Shown: positions 36,112 through 45,716 of the stretch, piece by piece
Numbering within the stretch: position 1 is the first letter of the stretch
Layout: every line of letters starts with the position of its first letter
Source: Thermoplasmata archaeon
GTDB taxonomy: Archaea; Thermoplasmatota; Thermoplasmata; Halarchaeoplasmatales; Halarchaeoplasmataceae
Length of the DNA stretch: 64,000 bases
Assembly: GCA_003552585.1 (NCBI GenBank)
Contig: PUNK01000035.1
Span: 93 to 64,092 of the forward strand
Direction: 5' to 3'
Notes under the pieces: model-generated
What the model was told of the DNA's origin: nothing
The model's database searches: none
The model's input: only the letters and a program-made list of their open reading frames with translations
Program-made: the position numbers and the translations under genes

Positions 36112-38700
36112 TCATTCGAGGAATTCAGGAGGAAGATAGTCTGTCTCCTCTTCCTCATACAACTCCTCTTCGTCGAATTCTAGATCTTCTAATTCCTCTT
36201 TCTTTGTAAAGAAAACAGCCAAGGCGATCCCGCCGGCAACAACTATAACTATAGATGAGATCACCATCATTATGTCCAATGATGTGGTCCGAATCCTGTA
36301 CATCCTTATCTCACCTAAATCCATTTCCTCTCCCGGAGGTACTGTAACTTCTCTTTTAACCGTTTGATATCTTTCTTTTTGGAAGGTGATTTCATACTCA
36401 CCAGCATACGTCTCTATTTTAAATCTTCCATCATGATTAGTGAACACGACATCTCCAGATTCTAGCTCCACCTTAACATCGTGGATCGGATCACCTCTGT
36501 GGTCGACTACAACGCCGGTCAGGTTTCCACTTCTCATGGTTGTGAATGACCATGAATAGGTCTCTTCCAATTCATTCCCTGCAAGGTCGCTACCGTTAAC
36601 AAATATAGTATAATTAGTACCGTATTCTACATCGTTTTCTGGAGCCGCTCTTACTCTATCTTCATCGACCCATGTATGATTGCCTATGGAAAGTTTATCT
36701 GAACTTATATTTACCGATCCTTGATCCATCTCTTCGGAGAATGTGATGTCGATAACAAAATCTCTAGAGACCTCGTCTCCCCTGGGTCGAGCATAGAGAA
36801 CCTCAGGAATGGTGTGATCGACGAATATTTGTAGAGATATGTTCGCTTCGTTACCCGCTCTATCTACAGCTTCCATTCGTATAATATATTCTCCTTCAGT
36901 TAAATTCTCAAACCGATGTGTTCCCTTTGGTGGCACTTCAAACCAATCGCCTTCATCCAGTCTTACCCTTACATCTTCTACACCTGAATTATCGTCGGTC
37001 ACGTTCCACTCCAAAAGGATGAAATCTTTATTAGTGTAATAACCGTCATATGGATAGATGATCTCTATCTCTGGTGACACATCGTCTGGTGACCCTTCCA
37101 TTACCTGGGTGTGAAGGCTTTCTCCAACATCATTGAATGCTGATAACCTGTAATAATATGTTTCATTGATCTCCACTTCGGTATCCGTGTAATTAAACTT
37201 CCCAATATCTTCGATCTCTTCGAGGAGAGAAAAGGAGGTAGGTTCATCACCTTTGTATATCCGATACCCAAGGAGTTCAGTTTTACCCATGGATCGAGGT
37301 TCATCCCACACGATGTTCAGGTATTCTTTACCAGGATCAACTGATGCGTTTCTAGGGTGACTCGGGATGACAGGCATGGATGGTTCTACGAGCGGTAGGT
37401 AATCCTTTGCATCACTTCCAGTGATATTGTATGCTTTATCCACCATCCCATCCTCATCTTCATCGGGTTCGGTCCACTCACTCCAGTGATTCCCAATATC
37501 TGAGGAGTTCCATCTGTTCAAACTAGTGTCATCTCTTCCCTGGCTTTTTGTTTCGTTGTTCAGCTCTCGTATCCCATTGTTATACATAAAAGCGTTTTCA
37601 TAGATCAAATTTTTTGATGATCCCTGGGTCAATATCATACCCTTCCCTGGTGCCCTCATGATCCGGTTATGATGTATGGTATTATTATGGGAATTCCCAA
37701 CCGTTACACCGTTGTTATAGATGATGTTGTTGGATATCATATTGTGGTTCGAGTGAGATTCAAGAACCAAACCAGCTTGTCCATTGTCGATGATTTTGTT
37801 GTCGGCTACAGTCACATGATCAGAGTTGTGAAGGATGATACCCTCTCTACCGTGTTCAAATATATTATTCTCCAAAGTGATATTATTAGATGAATGGATC
37901 CTTAGACCCGCACGAGGACTACTTCTGAATTCGGAGTTTGATACATCTATATCTGAGGAATATGCTAAGATCGATTCAGTATCTGATAGGTCTAAATTCT
38001 GCAGGGTTGCATAGCTAACGTTGGCAAATATGACCTGTCCCGCATTTGAAATTTCCATCCAACCCAAGTTTTCATTGGCGTAGTATTCGATCGGTTTGCC
38101 AGAAAAGGTGTTATCAACCATGATTTGATTTGCCAGAGTTTCTCTATCTAACGTGATGGTCAAGGGGCCATCATATAACGAATTGCCTTCAAATCTATTA
38201 TTTATTGAGCCCTCTATAGATATGCTTACTTCGTTGCCTTCGAAATTATTATCTTCTACTATGTTAGATGCGGAACTCCTGATGAGCAATCCTATGTGGT
38301 TGTTGTTGAAATCACTATCTATCACCCTAACATTACTGCTTTGATGGAGCAGCAATCCTGCTCCCTTTTTCCATATACTATCATCATGAGAAGCATTTCT
38401 GAATTCACAACTTTTAAAATCGGTGTGAAGTGTTGTATTGCCCATATAAAAAGAGTTCCCATCCCCTTCAAAAACATAATTTTCTATAATAAAAGGGTCT
38501 TGTTCTGTACCCTCTCCCTCTATATTTTCTTCTTCTACAAAATCCAACAACTCATCGTCGCTATCAATTCTGACACCTTTTTCATTATGATCATCTTCTG
38601 CAGTACTATTATCTAAAAGGTACATTGAACTGGAGCCGAAGATGATGATCGCTATGAGAACGATCGATATCAGTTTTTGTTCTGTTTTCGCCATTACCAT
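36112..38700 (-). CDS. secreted right-handed parallel beta-helix (NosD/PbH1-like) surface protein with Ig/FN3-like and CarbopepD_reg-like domains; C-terminal TM + acidic tail
   Basis: Signal peptide. Multiple PbH1 repeats (NNHIGLLIRSSASNIVEDNNFEGN..., NIFEHGREGIILHNSDHVTVADNKIIDNGQAGL...). GVVVDHRGDPIHDVKVEL CarbopepD-like module. C-terminal TM then EELEDLEFDEEELYEEEE. Confidence 0.7.
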   Translation of the reverse strand: MVMAKTEQKLISIVLIAIIIFGSSSMYLLDNSTAEDDHNEKGVRIDSDDELLDFVEEENIEGEGTEQDPFIIENYVFEGDGNSFYMGNTTLHTDFKSCEFRNASHDDSIWKKGAGLLLHQSSNVRVIDSDFNNNHIGLLIRSSASNIVEDNNFEGNEVSISIEGSINNRFEGNSLYDGPLTITLDRETLANQIMVDNTFSGKPIEYYANENLGWMEISNAGQVIFANVSYATLQNLDLSDTESILAYSSDIDVSNSEFRSSPRAGLRIHSSNNITLENNIFEHGREGIILHNSDHVTVADNKIIDNGQAGLVLESHSNHNMISNNIIYNNGVTVGNSHNNTIHHNRIMRAPGKGMILTQGSSKNLIYENAFMYNNGIRELNNETKSQGRDDTSLNRWNSSDIGNHWSEWTEPDEDEDGMVDKAYNITGSDAKDYLPLVEPSMPVIPSHPRNASVDPGKEYLNIVWDEPRSMGKTELLGYRIYKGDEPTSFSLLEEIEDIGKFNYTDTEVEINETYYYRLSAFNDVGESLHTQVMEGSPDDVSPEIEIIYPYDGYYTNKDFILLEWNVTDDNSGVEDVRVRLDEGDWFEVPPKGTHRFENLTEGEYIIRMEAVDRAGNEANISLQIFVDHTIPEVLYARPRGDEVSRDFVIDITFSEEMDQGSVNISSDKLSIGNHTWVDEDRVRAAPENDVEYGTNYTIFVNGSDLAGNELEETYSWSFTTMRSGNLTGVVVDHRGDPIHDVKVELESGDVVFTNHDGRFKIETYAGEYEITFQKERYQTVKREVTVPPGEEMDLGEIRMYRIRTTSLDIMMVISSIVIVVAGGIALAVFFTKKEELEDLEFDEEELYEEEETDYLPPEFLE

Positions 38701-38875
38701 TCCTATACCATTTAAAATATTCCTTATTATTATAACTTTTGTATTGGATCCTGTGTTCCAGTGTGTATGGATATGGGGTTCGATAGAACACCCTCCTCAT
38801 AGGTCTTCCCCAAATCGCCAGGTATGAAGAAACTATAAATATTCCCCGTTGATTAGACCTTTAAGAGGATAAAAT

Positions 38876-39268
38876 ATGGATATGGCGGAATTAAAAGATA
38901 GGTTCCTGATGGCCTTTAAAGATAATAAAGATATTTGGGCCTATATAGCATCTATCTCTGCCATCCTGGTCACAATATCTGCCATACTTATCGTCTTTGC
39001 TGGAGATACGGGTATCTTTTTGGGTGCGATTATTATATCATCAGCCATAACTTTTCTTGTAGCCTCTTTGTTTGCGCTTGTTTTTGGAATTATTGGAGGG
39101 CCGATCATCGGCTTGTTTTTTGGTTTGTTCTTTGGAACTTATATCAGCTTTTGGATAGGTGGTCCCCAAGCGGCATATGTATCGTCCTTTGCCTCACCTA
39201 TTGCAGGCGTTGTTTCTGGTTATTTGACGGGAAAAGTAGGTAATACCTACGTTCCATCCGATGAATAG
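38876..39268 (+). CDS. small Gly-rich 3-TM membrane protein, possible partner of the FtsZ-like GTPase
   Basis: 130 aa; ends 24 nt before the FtsZ-like gene on the same strand. Confidence 0.45.
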   Translation: MDMAELKDRFLMAFKDNKDIWAYIASISAILVTISAILIVFAGDTGIFLGAIIISSAITFLVASLFALVFGIIGGPIIGLFFGLFFGTYISFWIGGPQAAYVSSFASPIAGVVSGYLTGKVGNTYVPSDE

Positions 39269-39292
39269 TTTTATATCGATTAAATCATTTAC

Positions 39293-40234
39293 ATGACCGA
39301 GGTCTTAATGGTAAAGATTAAAAGGTTCGGGGCGCAGACTGAAGATCCGATAAAGAGACCGGACACCATGATCTTTGGTATTGGAGGTGCCGGTAGGAAT
39401 ATTTTATCTTCGATGATCGACACTCCACACCTTTCTAATGTGGACAAATTTGAGGTCGGGTGTGTAGATATGCTCCCCAACCTACCGTTTATACAGATCG
39501 ATAAGCGAGATATGAAGGAATCTTTTGATTCAAAATCTTCCTTCGGGATACGTCCCCCTAACCCAACCGAAGAAAAGCTGATCCGCAGGATCAAAAATGC
39601 TGATATTCTATATCTATTATCCGGTATGGGTGGACGGACAGGAAGCTGGACCACTCCTACATTAGCTCATATCGGAAAGAACAAAGGGGCCTTCACCATA
39701 GCCCTGCTTGCAATGCCTTTCGAAACAGAAAATACAGGGCGATGTCGTTTTGCAGAGGAGGCTAAGGATAGGGTTGGAGAACATGCAGACATCTTGGGCG
39801 TGTTCAGCAACAGTCGATTACTAAGTCTAAATCCACATCTACCTATGACAAAAGCGTTCGACGTTATGAATAATATAATCAGTCTTCCCGTGCAGGACTT
39901 AAATGCTGTTGTGACAAAGGATGATCTAAAAACTCTAAAAGTATTCTGTGACGGTGTCGATGAGTTCAGGATAGGTGCGGGGTATGGTAGGGGTAGAGAG
40001 AGGGGTAAACGGGCCTCCGAAGAGGCCTTACGTTCTCCATGGTTGGATGATTTTTCCGACTACCGTACCATACTCAGTGTTGTCACTAGTGGTGTAGGTT
40101 CAGCCGAGCTCGAGGCCAGCGATGCACTCGATATAATCAGTGAAAAGGCACCGAAGGCCAACATCCTCTGGGGACTTAGAAAAAACCCCGAGCTGGGGGA
40201 AAGAACAAAAGTGACCTTATTGGCTGGAAAATAA
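39293..40234 (+). CDS. divergent FtsZ/tubulin-superfamily GTPase (FtsZ-like paralog, 313 aa)
   Basis: T1 GIGGAGRN. T4 tubulin signature degenerated to GMGGRTGSWTTP. T5 PFETENTGRCRF. SNSRLL (FtsZ NDxLL). C-terminal domain EALRSPWL...VTLLAGK. Lacks the FtsZ C-terminal linker and tail. Confidence 0.7.
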   Translation: MTEVLMVKIKRFGAQTEDPIKRPDTMIFGIGGAGRNILSSMIDTPHLSNVDKFEVGCVDMLPNLPFIQIDKRDMKESFDSKSSFGIRPPNPTEEKLIRRIKNADILYLLSGMGGRTGSWTTPTLAHIGKNKGAFTIALLAMPFETENTGRCRFAEEAKDRVGEHADILGVFSNSRLLSLNPHLPMTKAFDVMNNIISLPVQDLNAVVTKDDLKTLKVFCDGVDEFRIGAGYGRGRERGKRASEEALRSPWLDDFSDYRTILSVVTSGVGSAELEASDALDIISEKAPKANILWGLRKNPELGERTKVTLLAGK

Positions 40235-40257
40235 ATTGAAAAGAAAGGGGTTGGGGA

Positions 40258-41268
40258 CTATTCCTTTTTGCGGAATACGTAGTACACTGCTGGAATAGCT
40301 ACCGCCACGAGCAGAAGTATGAAACCAGCATGTGGTATATCCTCTGCTGCAGATACTTCTATCCATTGTGTGCTGAAGTTCTCAACGTGGAACACGTAAA
40401 CTGCACCTCCACCGACACTGGCGTTTGATCGGTCCAGTCCTTCATAATTCACCGCATCACTGGTCTCTATCTCCAAGTCGCCTTCAGCGTCTGCGAGATG
40501 TTCGTCTGCAAAGGCCCTGTTCATGAGTATAGATACATGGTTGGTATGGTTATTATCGGTAACCTCGATCCTCAGTACGCCGTCTTCAAAGGAAACGGTC
40601 ACCATATCTACACCTCTTGGATCACCCGCATTCACCACTGCAGCGGCCCATGGTTCGTATCCTTCTACCTTTAGAAACGTGACTGCACCGTGAGCAGCAG
40701 CGTTCTTGGCGGAATCGTAATATCCCTTTGCATCTTCGACAGGTGGTACAAAGTCCGACGGAGGTGTTCTACCAGATACTTCTATCCATTGTGTGCTGAA
40801 GTTCTCGATATGGAATACATATACCGCTTGGTCAGCCGCAATCTCGTGTGCTTCGTTCAATCCTTCGTAATTCACGGCATCGCTGGTCTCTATCTCTAAA
40901 TCACTCTCAGCCTCTGCTAAATGTAGATCTGCAAATTCTTTGTTCATTAATATTGTAACGTGATTTGTATGGTTTGAATCCGTTGCTTCGATCCTCAATA
41001 CACCGTCTTCGAAGGAAACGGTTACCATATCTACACCCCTTGGATCACCGGCATTCACCACCATGACTGCCCACGGTTCGTATCCTTCTACTTTGAGGAA
41101 TGAAGCCGCTCCTTGACTAGCAGCTTCCTCCACCATGTCAGTATGTACATCGATGGATATGTCATAGTCCCCTGGATCGATAGCCATCGTCTGTGCAGCT
41201 GTAGCTAACAGCAATACAAGCATGATGACGAACATCGATCTTATCAGGTTGTTTTTTCTCATCTTCAT
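40258..41268 (-). CDS. secreted protein made of two near-identical ~140-aa repeats, C-terminal TM anchor
   Basis: Signal peptide. FLKVEGYEPWA..VVNAGDPRGVDMVTVSFEDGVLRIE.TD.NHTNHV.ILMN..FAD.HLA.AE.DLEIETSDAVNYEGL occurs twice. TM + RKKE at the C-terminus. Confidence 0.6.
   Translation of the reverse strand: MKMRKNNLIRSMFVIMLVLLLATAAQTMAIDPGDYDISIDVHTDMVEEAASQGAASFLKVEGYEPWAVMVVNAGDPRGVDMVTVSFEDGVLRIEATDSNHTNHVTILMNKEFADLHLAEAESDLEIETSDAVNYEGLNEAHEIAADQAVYVFHIENFSTQWIEVSGRTPPSDFVPPVEDAKGYYDSAKNAAAHGAVTFLKVEGYEPWAAAVVNAGDPRGVDMVTVSFEDGVLRIEVTDNNHTNHVSILMNRAFADEHLADAEGDLEIETSDAVNYEGLDRSNASVGGGAVYVFHVENFSTQWIEVSAAEDIPHAGFILLLVAVAIPAVYYVFRKKE
40350..41120. repeat. intragenic tandem duplication (~420-bp unit x2, ~85-90% nt identity)
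   Basis: For example AGATACTTCTATCCATTGTGTGCTGAAGTTCTC at ~40352 and ~40774; the long shared blocks continue. Confidence 0.7.
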
Positions 41269-41340
41269 TCACCTATCTATACAAAAGTCATGTCAATATA
41301 AAGTAGATTATGGTACAATTATGAAACAAAGAAAAGGGTT

Positions 41341-41652
41341 TTAGCCGAAGATGGTACCTACACCTGCAGCTGCGTCTTCATCAGCTTTTTTAATGGCCTT
41401 GAATATATCTTCCCCTTCATCGATCTTCTCGATATCCTTTTCGGAGAAGATATCCTCGGCCTTCTCCAGTGCCTTTTGACTGCCTTCGATGAGCACGTAT
41501 GTTATATCTTCATCGAAACCGAGACTTTCACCATCTCTTATACTCGCACTCTGTTTGCTCACCAGCTCATCGGAAAGAGCTTCAGAGATCGCTGACTTTT
41601 TCTCGTTGGGAACTTTGAATATGAAGTACATATTTTGCCTCGACAAACTCAT
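41341..41652 (-). CDS. small acidic protein with ribosomal-stalk (P1/aL12)-like C-terminal tail
   Basis: 103 aa. C-terminus ...KKADEDAAAGVGTIFG resembles the conserved archaeal P1 C-terminus (EEEALAGLxALFG). The N-terminal part is not clearly P1-like. Confidence 0.4.
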   Translation of the reverse strand: MSLSRQNMYFIFKVPNEKKSAISEALSDELVSKQSASIRDGESLGFDEDITYVLIEGSQKALEKAEDIFSEKDIEKIDEGEDIFKAIKKADEDAAAGVGTIFG

Positions 41653-41667
41653 AACATAAAAATGTTA

Positions 41668-43398
41668 CTAATCATCGTTAGAGACTTTTTTAAGATAGAT
41701 CAAGACGATCACCACCATCACCCCTGTTATCCCCAGTACGAGGTATCGCATCTCTTCAGAGAGTAGATAATCATCTATGCTTATTTCTACACTCTCTGAT
41801 CTTGGACCTTCTCCTCCTTCGCTAACTGCTGTGATAAAATATGTGTAAGTTTCTCCCCTCTCGACTTGGGTATCCTGGTAATGATAGTTTTGAGTATGGG
41901 CGATGACTTTTCCGTCACGATATACATTAAATCCTATATCAGTGAATATTCTTCTTTCGTTTATATCCCAGTAAAGCTCTATACTTCCATCTTTTTCGAA
42001 TACTTCTATGTTCTTCACCTCGGGTGGGGTATAAAGATCAGAAGTAGTTAGGTCTATCCTTCTTCCCCAGTTGTCATCGATAGTAAAATTGAGCATGGTT
42101 TCATCTACACTGATCGTAAATGTGTCATCTTTTTCATAACCATGTTTCAAAAGATTCCCTAGGTTAAGTTCATAGTACCCGTTGGTGTCGGTGTCTATAT
42201 ACAAACTTTCTCCAGTATGCTGGTTTTTGATTTTGACCTCAGAGAACCATGGATCTTTTTCATCCTCATCCCAAACATTACCATATACAATGTACGGCAC
42301 AGGTGGATACAGGTCTTGATTTCCATCTCCAAGGTCGGTATCAGCTATCCTGCACTGGTATATCAAGGAGTCGTCCAGATCTTGATTTATCTCCATTATA
42401 AGAGCCTCACGAGGATAGAACCCCTCAGCACCAGTATATATTTCAAATAAGAAGGAGTGCGCCCCTGTGTTTTCGTATACCCAATCTGTAGCACCACCTG
42501 GGGCGCTGTACCCTATCTCTTTCTCAGCCCTCCCATATGAATAAGTTCTATCTTCATCTCCACGTTTCGTAGTAAAAGAAGTCATATGTTCCGCAACCGC
42601 CCTGTACCAGTCTTCATGCGGGGTAGGTAGGTTTGCGAAGCCCCAGGGTATCAAGAGTGTTCCCCAATATGAATGTAAGTTCTGATAAGATTGTATGTCG
42701 TTCTCTATGATGAATTCTTTTAAAGCCAAGGTTTCGTTCTCTGAAAAGGGTTTTTCACCACGATAGTCATCTCTATGAGGATAGTCACTCCCCTCCCTCC
42801 AATAGATATCCCAGTTTCTATTCAGATCGACTCCTATGTTGTCTCCGGGGATGGAGTCATTACGATTTTTTCTCCAATTTTGTCTTCTACTGATATCACC
42901 ATCCCCATCATATATGTATCCGTCTGGATTTAAAACAGGCATAACGAAGATCCTTCTGTTGTTTATCAACCAGTGGATCGTATCGTTGCTGTCGTACCCA
43001 TCTATCAATCTCCAAGTTAGATAAGAGGCGACTTGGATAGAAGACCATTCTCTGGCATGCATACCACCGTCTATAAGTATGGAAGGCTTTTTCTCCACTT
43101 GAGTGTTGGAACCAGTGATCTCCAACACCCAAAGATTCCTTCCCTCCCAAGAGTGGCCTATATGGTGTCTAGTAACTATATGAGGGTAGTTTGTTTCTAG
43201 TTCTATATACCATCCATAAAGTTCATCCACTGAGGGATAATTTTCATCGAAGGGGTAATCCGATCGGATATTTTGTTCTTCATAAGGCCCTAAGTCCCCC
43301 TCTAATCCTACTGTCGTACTTCCCAGGAGAAGCAGAAGAACGAGTATGATTGAAACTGCTCGTATTTTCATCGTGAATAGATTCAGCCCGTTAGACAT
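41668..43398 (-). CDS. secreted M14 zinc carboxypeptidase with FN3-like domain and C-terminal TM anchor
   Basis: Signal peptide. HxxE zinc motif in GGMHAREWSS and carboxypeptidase-A-like core. C-terminal TM + KKVSNDD. Confidence 0.75.
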   Translation of the reverse strand: MSNGLNLFTMKIRAVSIILVLLLLLGSTTVGLEGDLGPYEEQNIRSDYPFDENYPSVDELYGWYIELETNYPHIVTRHHIGHSWEGRNLWVLEITGSNTQVEKKPSILIDGGMHAREWSSIQVASYLTWRLIDGYDSNDTIHWLINNRRIFVMPVLNPDGYIYDGDGDISRRQNWRKNRNDSIPGDNIGVDLNRNWDIYWREGSDYPHRDDYRGEKPFSENETLALKEFIIENDIQSYQNLHSYWGTLLIPWGFANLPTPHEDWYRAVAEHMTSFTTKRGDEDRTYSYGRAEKEIGYSAPGGATDWVYENTGAHSFLFEIYTGAEGFYPREALIMEINQDLDDSLIYQCRIADTDLGDGNQDLYPPVPYIVYGNVWDEDEKDPWFSEVKIKNQHTGESLYIDTDTNGYYELNLGNLLKHGYEKDDTFTISVDETMLNFTIDDNWGRRIDLTTSDLYTPPEVKNIEVFEKDGSIELYWDINERRIFTDIGFNVYRDGKVIAHTQNYHYQDTQVERGETYTYFITAVSEGGEGPRSESVEISIDDYLLSEEMRYLVLGITGVMVVIVLIYLKKVSNDD

Positions 43399-43471
43399 AT
43401 TTTAGCTTGTCGTTTAATTATATCCAAAAGTAACACTTTTATAACAACCTTCTTTCACCCCTTCTTATACC

Positions 43472-43993
43472 ATGAAAGATGATAGCCATACATGTACATA
43501 TATGATTGAGGATGATACGAGTGAAACGAAGATCATCGTAGAGTGTGGAGAGTGTTCTAATAGTTTTTCGTTTAGATCATGCCTTCCTGAGATAGTAAGA
43601 TCGTGGGACAAGGTATCTAATTCAGATAAATTGATTTTTTCAGATACCTTTGAACGTAAGTACTCCAAAGGAACCGTTGAGATCATCTCATTCTTTCTTT
43701 CTCTACACGAACAATTTAAAAGAAATTCACGACGTGATCCTGATAAAAAAGAATGTAAGAAATGTGTTATTTCACCAAAAAGGATCTATTCTAGCTTGAT
43801 CGTTGACTTGGAGAAAGATCCCGAAGATATGTTTGAGTCGATCAACTCTGCAGCCCTCGAGCTTATGAAATCCAGCGGATGTCGGTCATGCAGGAGAGCA
43901 ACTATTGAGGAGTTAAGGGTGTTGTCTTCTTCTTTACTTGATATGAACTCGAGAGTATTATCGAAAGCATACGGTATTGTAGGTGAGGGATAG
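43472..43993 (+). CDS. hypothetical Cys-pair protein (possible Zn-binding), overlaps the start of the secretion ATPase
   Basis: 173 aa. Cys pairs CGEC, CKKC and CRSC. 11-nt overlap with the downstream gene. Confidence 0.4.
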   Translation: MKDDSHTCTYMIEDDTSETKIIVECGECSNSFSFRSCLPEIVRSWDKVSNSDKLIFSDTFERKYSKGTVEIISFFLSLHEQFKRNSRRDPDKKECKKCVISPKRIYSSLIVDLEKDPEDMFESINSAALELMKSSGCRSCRRATIEELRVLSSSLLDMNSRVLSKAYGIVGEG

Positions 43994-45716
43994 GATGAAA
44001 TATGAGGATCCTTTGAGACGTATCAGAGATGTAGATGGTGAAAGGTTCTTCCGTGGAATAGATAAAATGATGGAGAGTGAAGAAGAAAAACGTCCGTCGT
44101 TCTCTCACTCTTGGTTAGATGAACAGGTACCTTCTGATTCTGAAAGGCTTTTAGAGTATAACGTTAAAAACTCGACGGTCAGATTGTATAGGCTGAAGGA
44201 TGAGACGGAAGACCTCTATCATCTTGTTCCATCCGAATACTCGATGGAGGAGAAGGAAGCCTATTTACTCAACATGATAAAAAAGCACATCGCTGAAACC
44301 TATCCCAGGAACGCGGATTTTTCATCTACAGACATGGTCAAGGAATACCTTCTTAATACTGGGAGGAGCATCATAGAAAGTACGGCGACTAAAGAATCGA
44401 TCAAGCTTGGAGACAGCCGTGAGGAGGAGCTAAAAAATATAGATGAACTTTCGTCCCTACTCGTCAAATACACGGTGGGTTATGGTGTACTTGAAACTCT
44501 TTTCAAGGATCCTAATGTACAGGATATTTACATAAACGCACCATCAGAGCAAAATCCCGTATATGTGGAATTGTCTGGAATACCTGACATACGTGAACGC
44601 TGTCGAACGAATATTTACGTCAGTATAGATGGTGTTGATGGCCTTCTTTCCAGGATGCGTTCAGAAAGTGGGGAGCCCTTTTCTGAGGCCTTTCCCGTTC
44701 TAGAGATGGACCTAAGTGAATTCAACAGTCGTGCCACGGCGATAGGTCCTCCTTTGAGCCCGGACGGAATAGCACTGGCTTTTCGAAGAAGGGATTCCGA
44801 GCCCTGGACCCTTCCAAGATTGATATCCGTGGGTAGCCTTACTCCTCTGGCAGCCGGTCTCCTCTCATTCCTTGTAGATGGAAGGAGCACCATCCTGGTA
44901 GCTGGTAGTAGGGGTGCTGGGAAAACATCACTATTGGGTGCCCTAATGATGGAGTTTCCCAGAAGTCAAAGGGTGCTGACAATAGAAGATACAAGAGAGC
45001 TACCTTCAGAGAGCATGCAGGAAGCGGGATACAACATACAGAGCATGACTGTAAGTTCCTTTTTAGATGAGGATGATCTGAGTGCCGATGATGCTTTACG
45101 AGTTTCTCTTCGTTTAGGAGAATCTTCACTGGTACTTGGAGAAGTCAGAGGTCAGGAAGCTAGGACGTTGTACGAAGCCATGAGAGCCGGGACTGCTGGA
45201 AGTGCGGTCATGGGTACGATCCACGGTGATTCACCTAGATCTGTCTATGAAAGGGTGGTTCACGATATGGGGATCTCGGAGAAGAGTTTTGCAGCGACCG
45301 ATATAGTCGTGATCGCCGGTCTGGTCAGACCCGGGGGTACGCAAACGAGGAAGCGAAGGGTGACTCATATCTCTGAATATGATGAAGGAGAATTCTCGAA
45401 CTTGATGGAGTATTCTAGTGAACTAGAGCCAACCGACGTGTTGATGAAGCAGTCTGAAAAGGTAGGTGCAATAGCCCGTTCATGGGGCATGAGGTACGAA
45501 GAGGCCATACAGAATATCGGTGTGAGGGCACATATGAGGAAAATGATGGTTGAGAAAGCCGAAGAGAAGGGGAAGCATCTGCTCCGTCCGGAATGGGTCT
45601 CTGAGGCCAACAGCGTGTTCTGGAACCTTATAGAAGAACACCAGGGTACAGGTTCTTTAGCTGGTGTAAAAAAGGATTGGACTGAGTGGTTCCTGAAGAG
45701 GGTAAAACATGTCTAG
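43983..45716 (+). CDS. type II/IV secretion-system ATPase (FlaI/TadA/PilB family; archaeal type IV pilus/archaellum assembly ATPase)
   Basis: Walker A GSRGAGKTS, VLTIEDTREL, Asp/His boxes VLGEVRGQEA...GTIHG. Confidence 0.8.
   Translation: MRDRMKYEDPLRRIRDVDGERFFRGIDKMMESEEEKRPSFSHSWLDEQVPSDSERLLEYNVKNSTVRLYRLKDETEDLYHLVPSEYSMEEKEAYLLNMIKKHIAETYPRNADFSSTDMVKEYLLNTGRSIIESTATKESIKLGDSREEELKNIDELSSLLVKYTVGYGVLETLFKDPNVQDIYINAPSEQNPVYVELSGIPDIRERCRTNIYVSIDGVDGLLSRMRSESGEPFSEAFPVLEMDLSEFNSRATAIGPPLSPDGIALAFRRRDSEPWTLPRLISVGSLTPLAAGLLSFLVDGRSTILVAGSRGAGKTSLLGALMMEFPRSQRVLTIEDTRELPSESMQEAGYNIQSMTVSSFLDEDDLSADDALRVSLRLGESSLVLGEVRGQEARTLYEAMRAGTAGSAVMGTIHGDSPRSVYERVVHDMGISEKSFAATDIVVIAGLVRPGGTQTRKRRVTHISEYDEGEFSNLMEYSSELEPTDVLMKQSEKVGAIARSWGMRYEEAIQNIGVRAHMRKMMVEKAEEKGKHLLRPEWVSEANSVFWNLIEEHQGTGSLAGVKKDWTEWFLKRVKHV

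Noticed and set aside
41341-41652. Considered aEF-1beta or NAC alpha as the identity of the 103-aa acidic protein
   Set aside because: No match to the EF1B C-terminal guanine-exchange motif or to a UBA domain. Only the stalk-like tail is recognisable.
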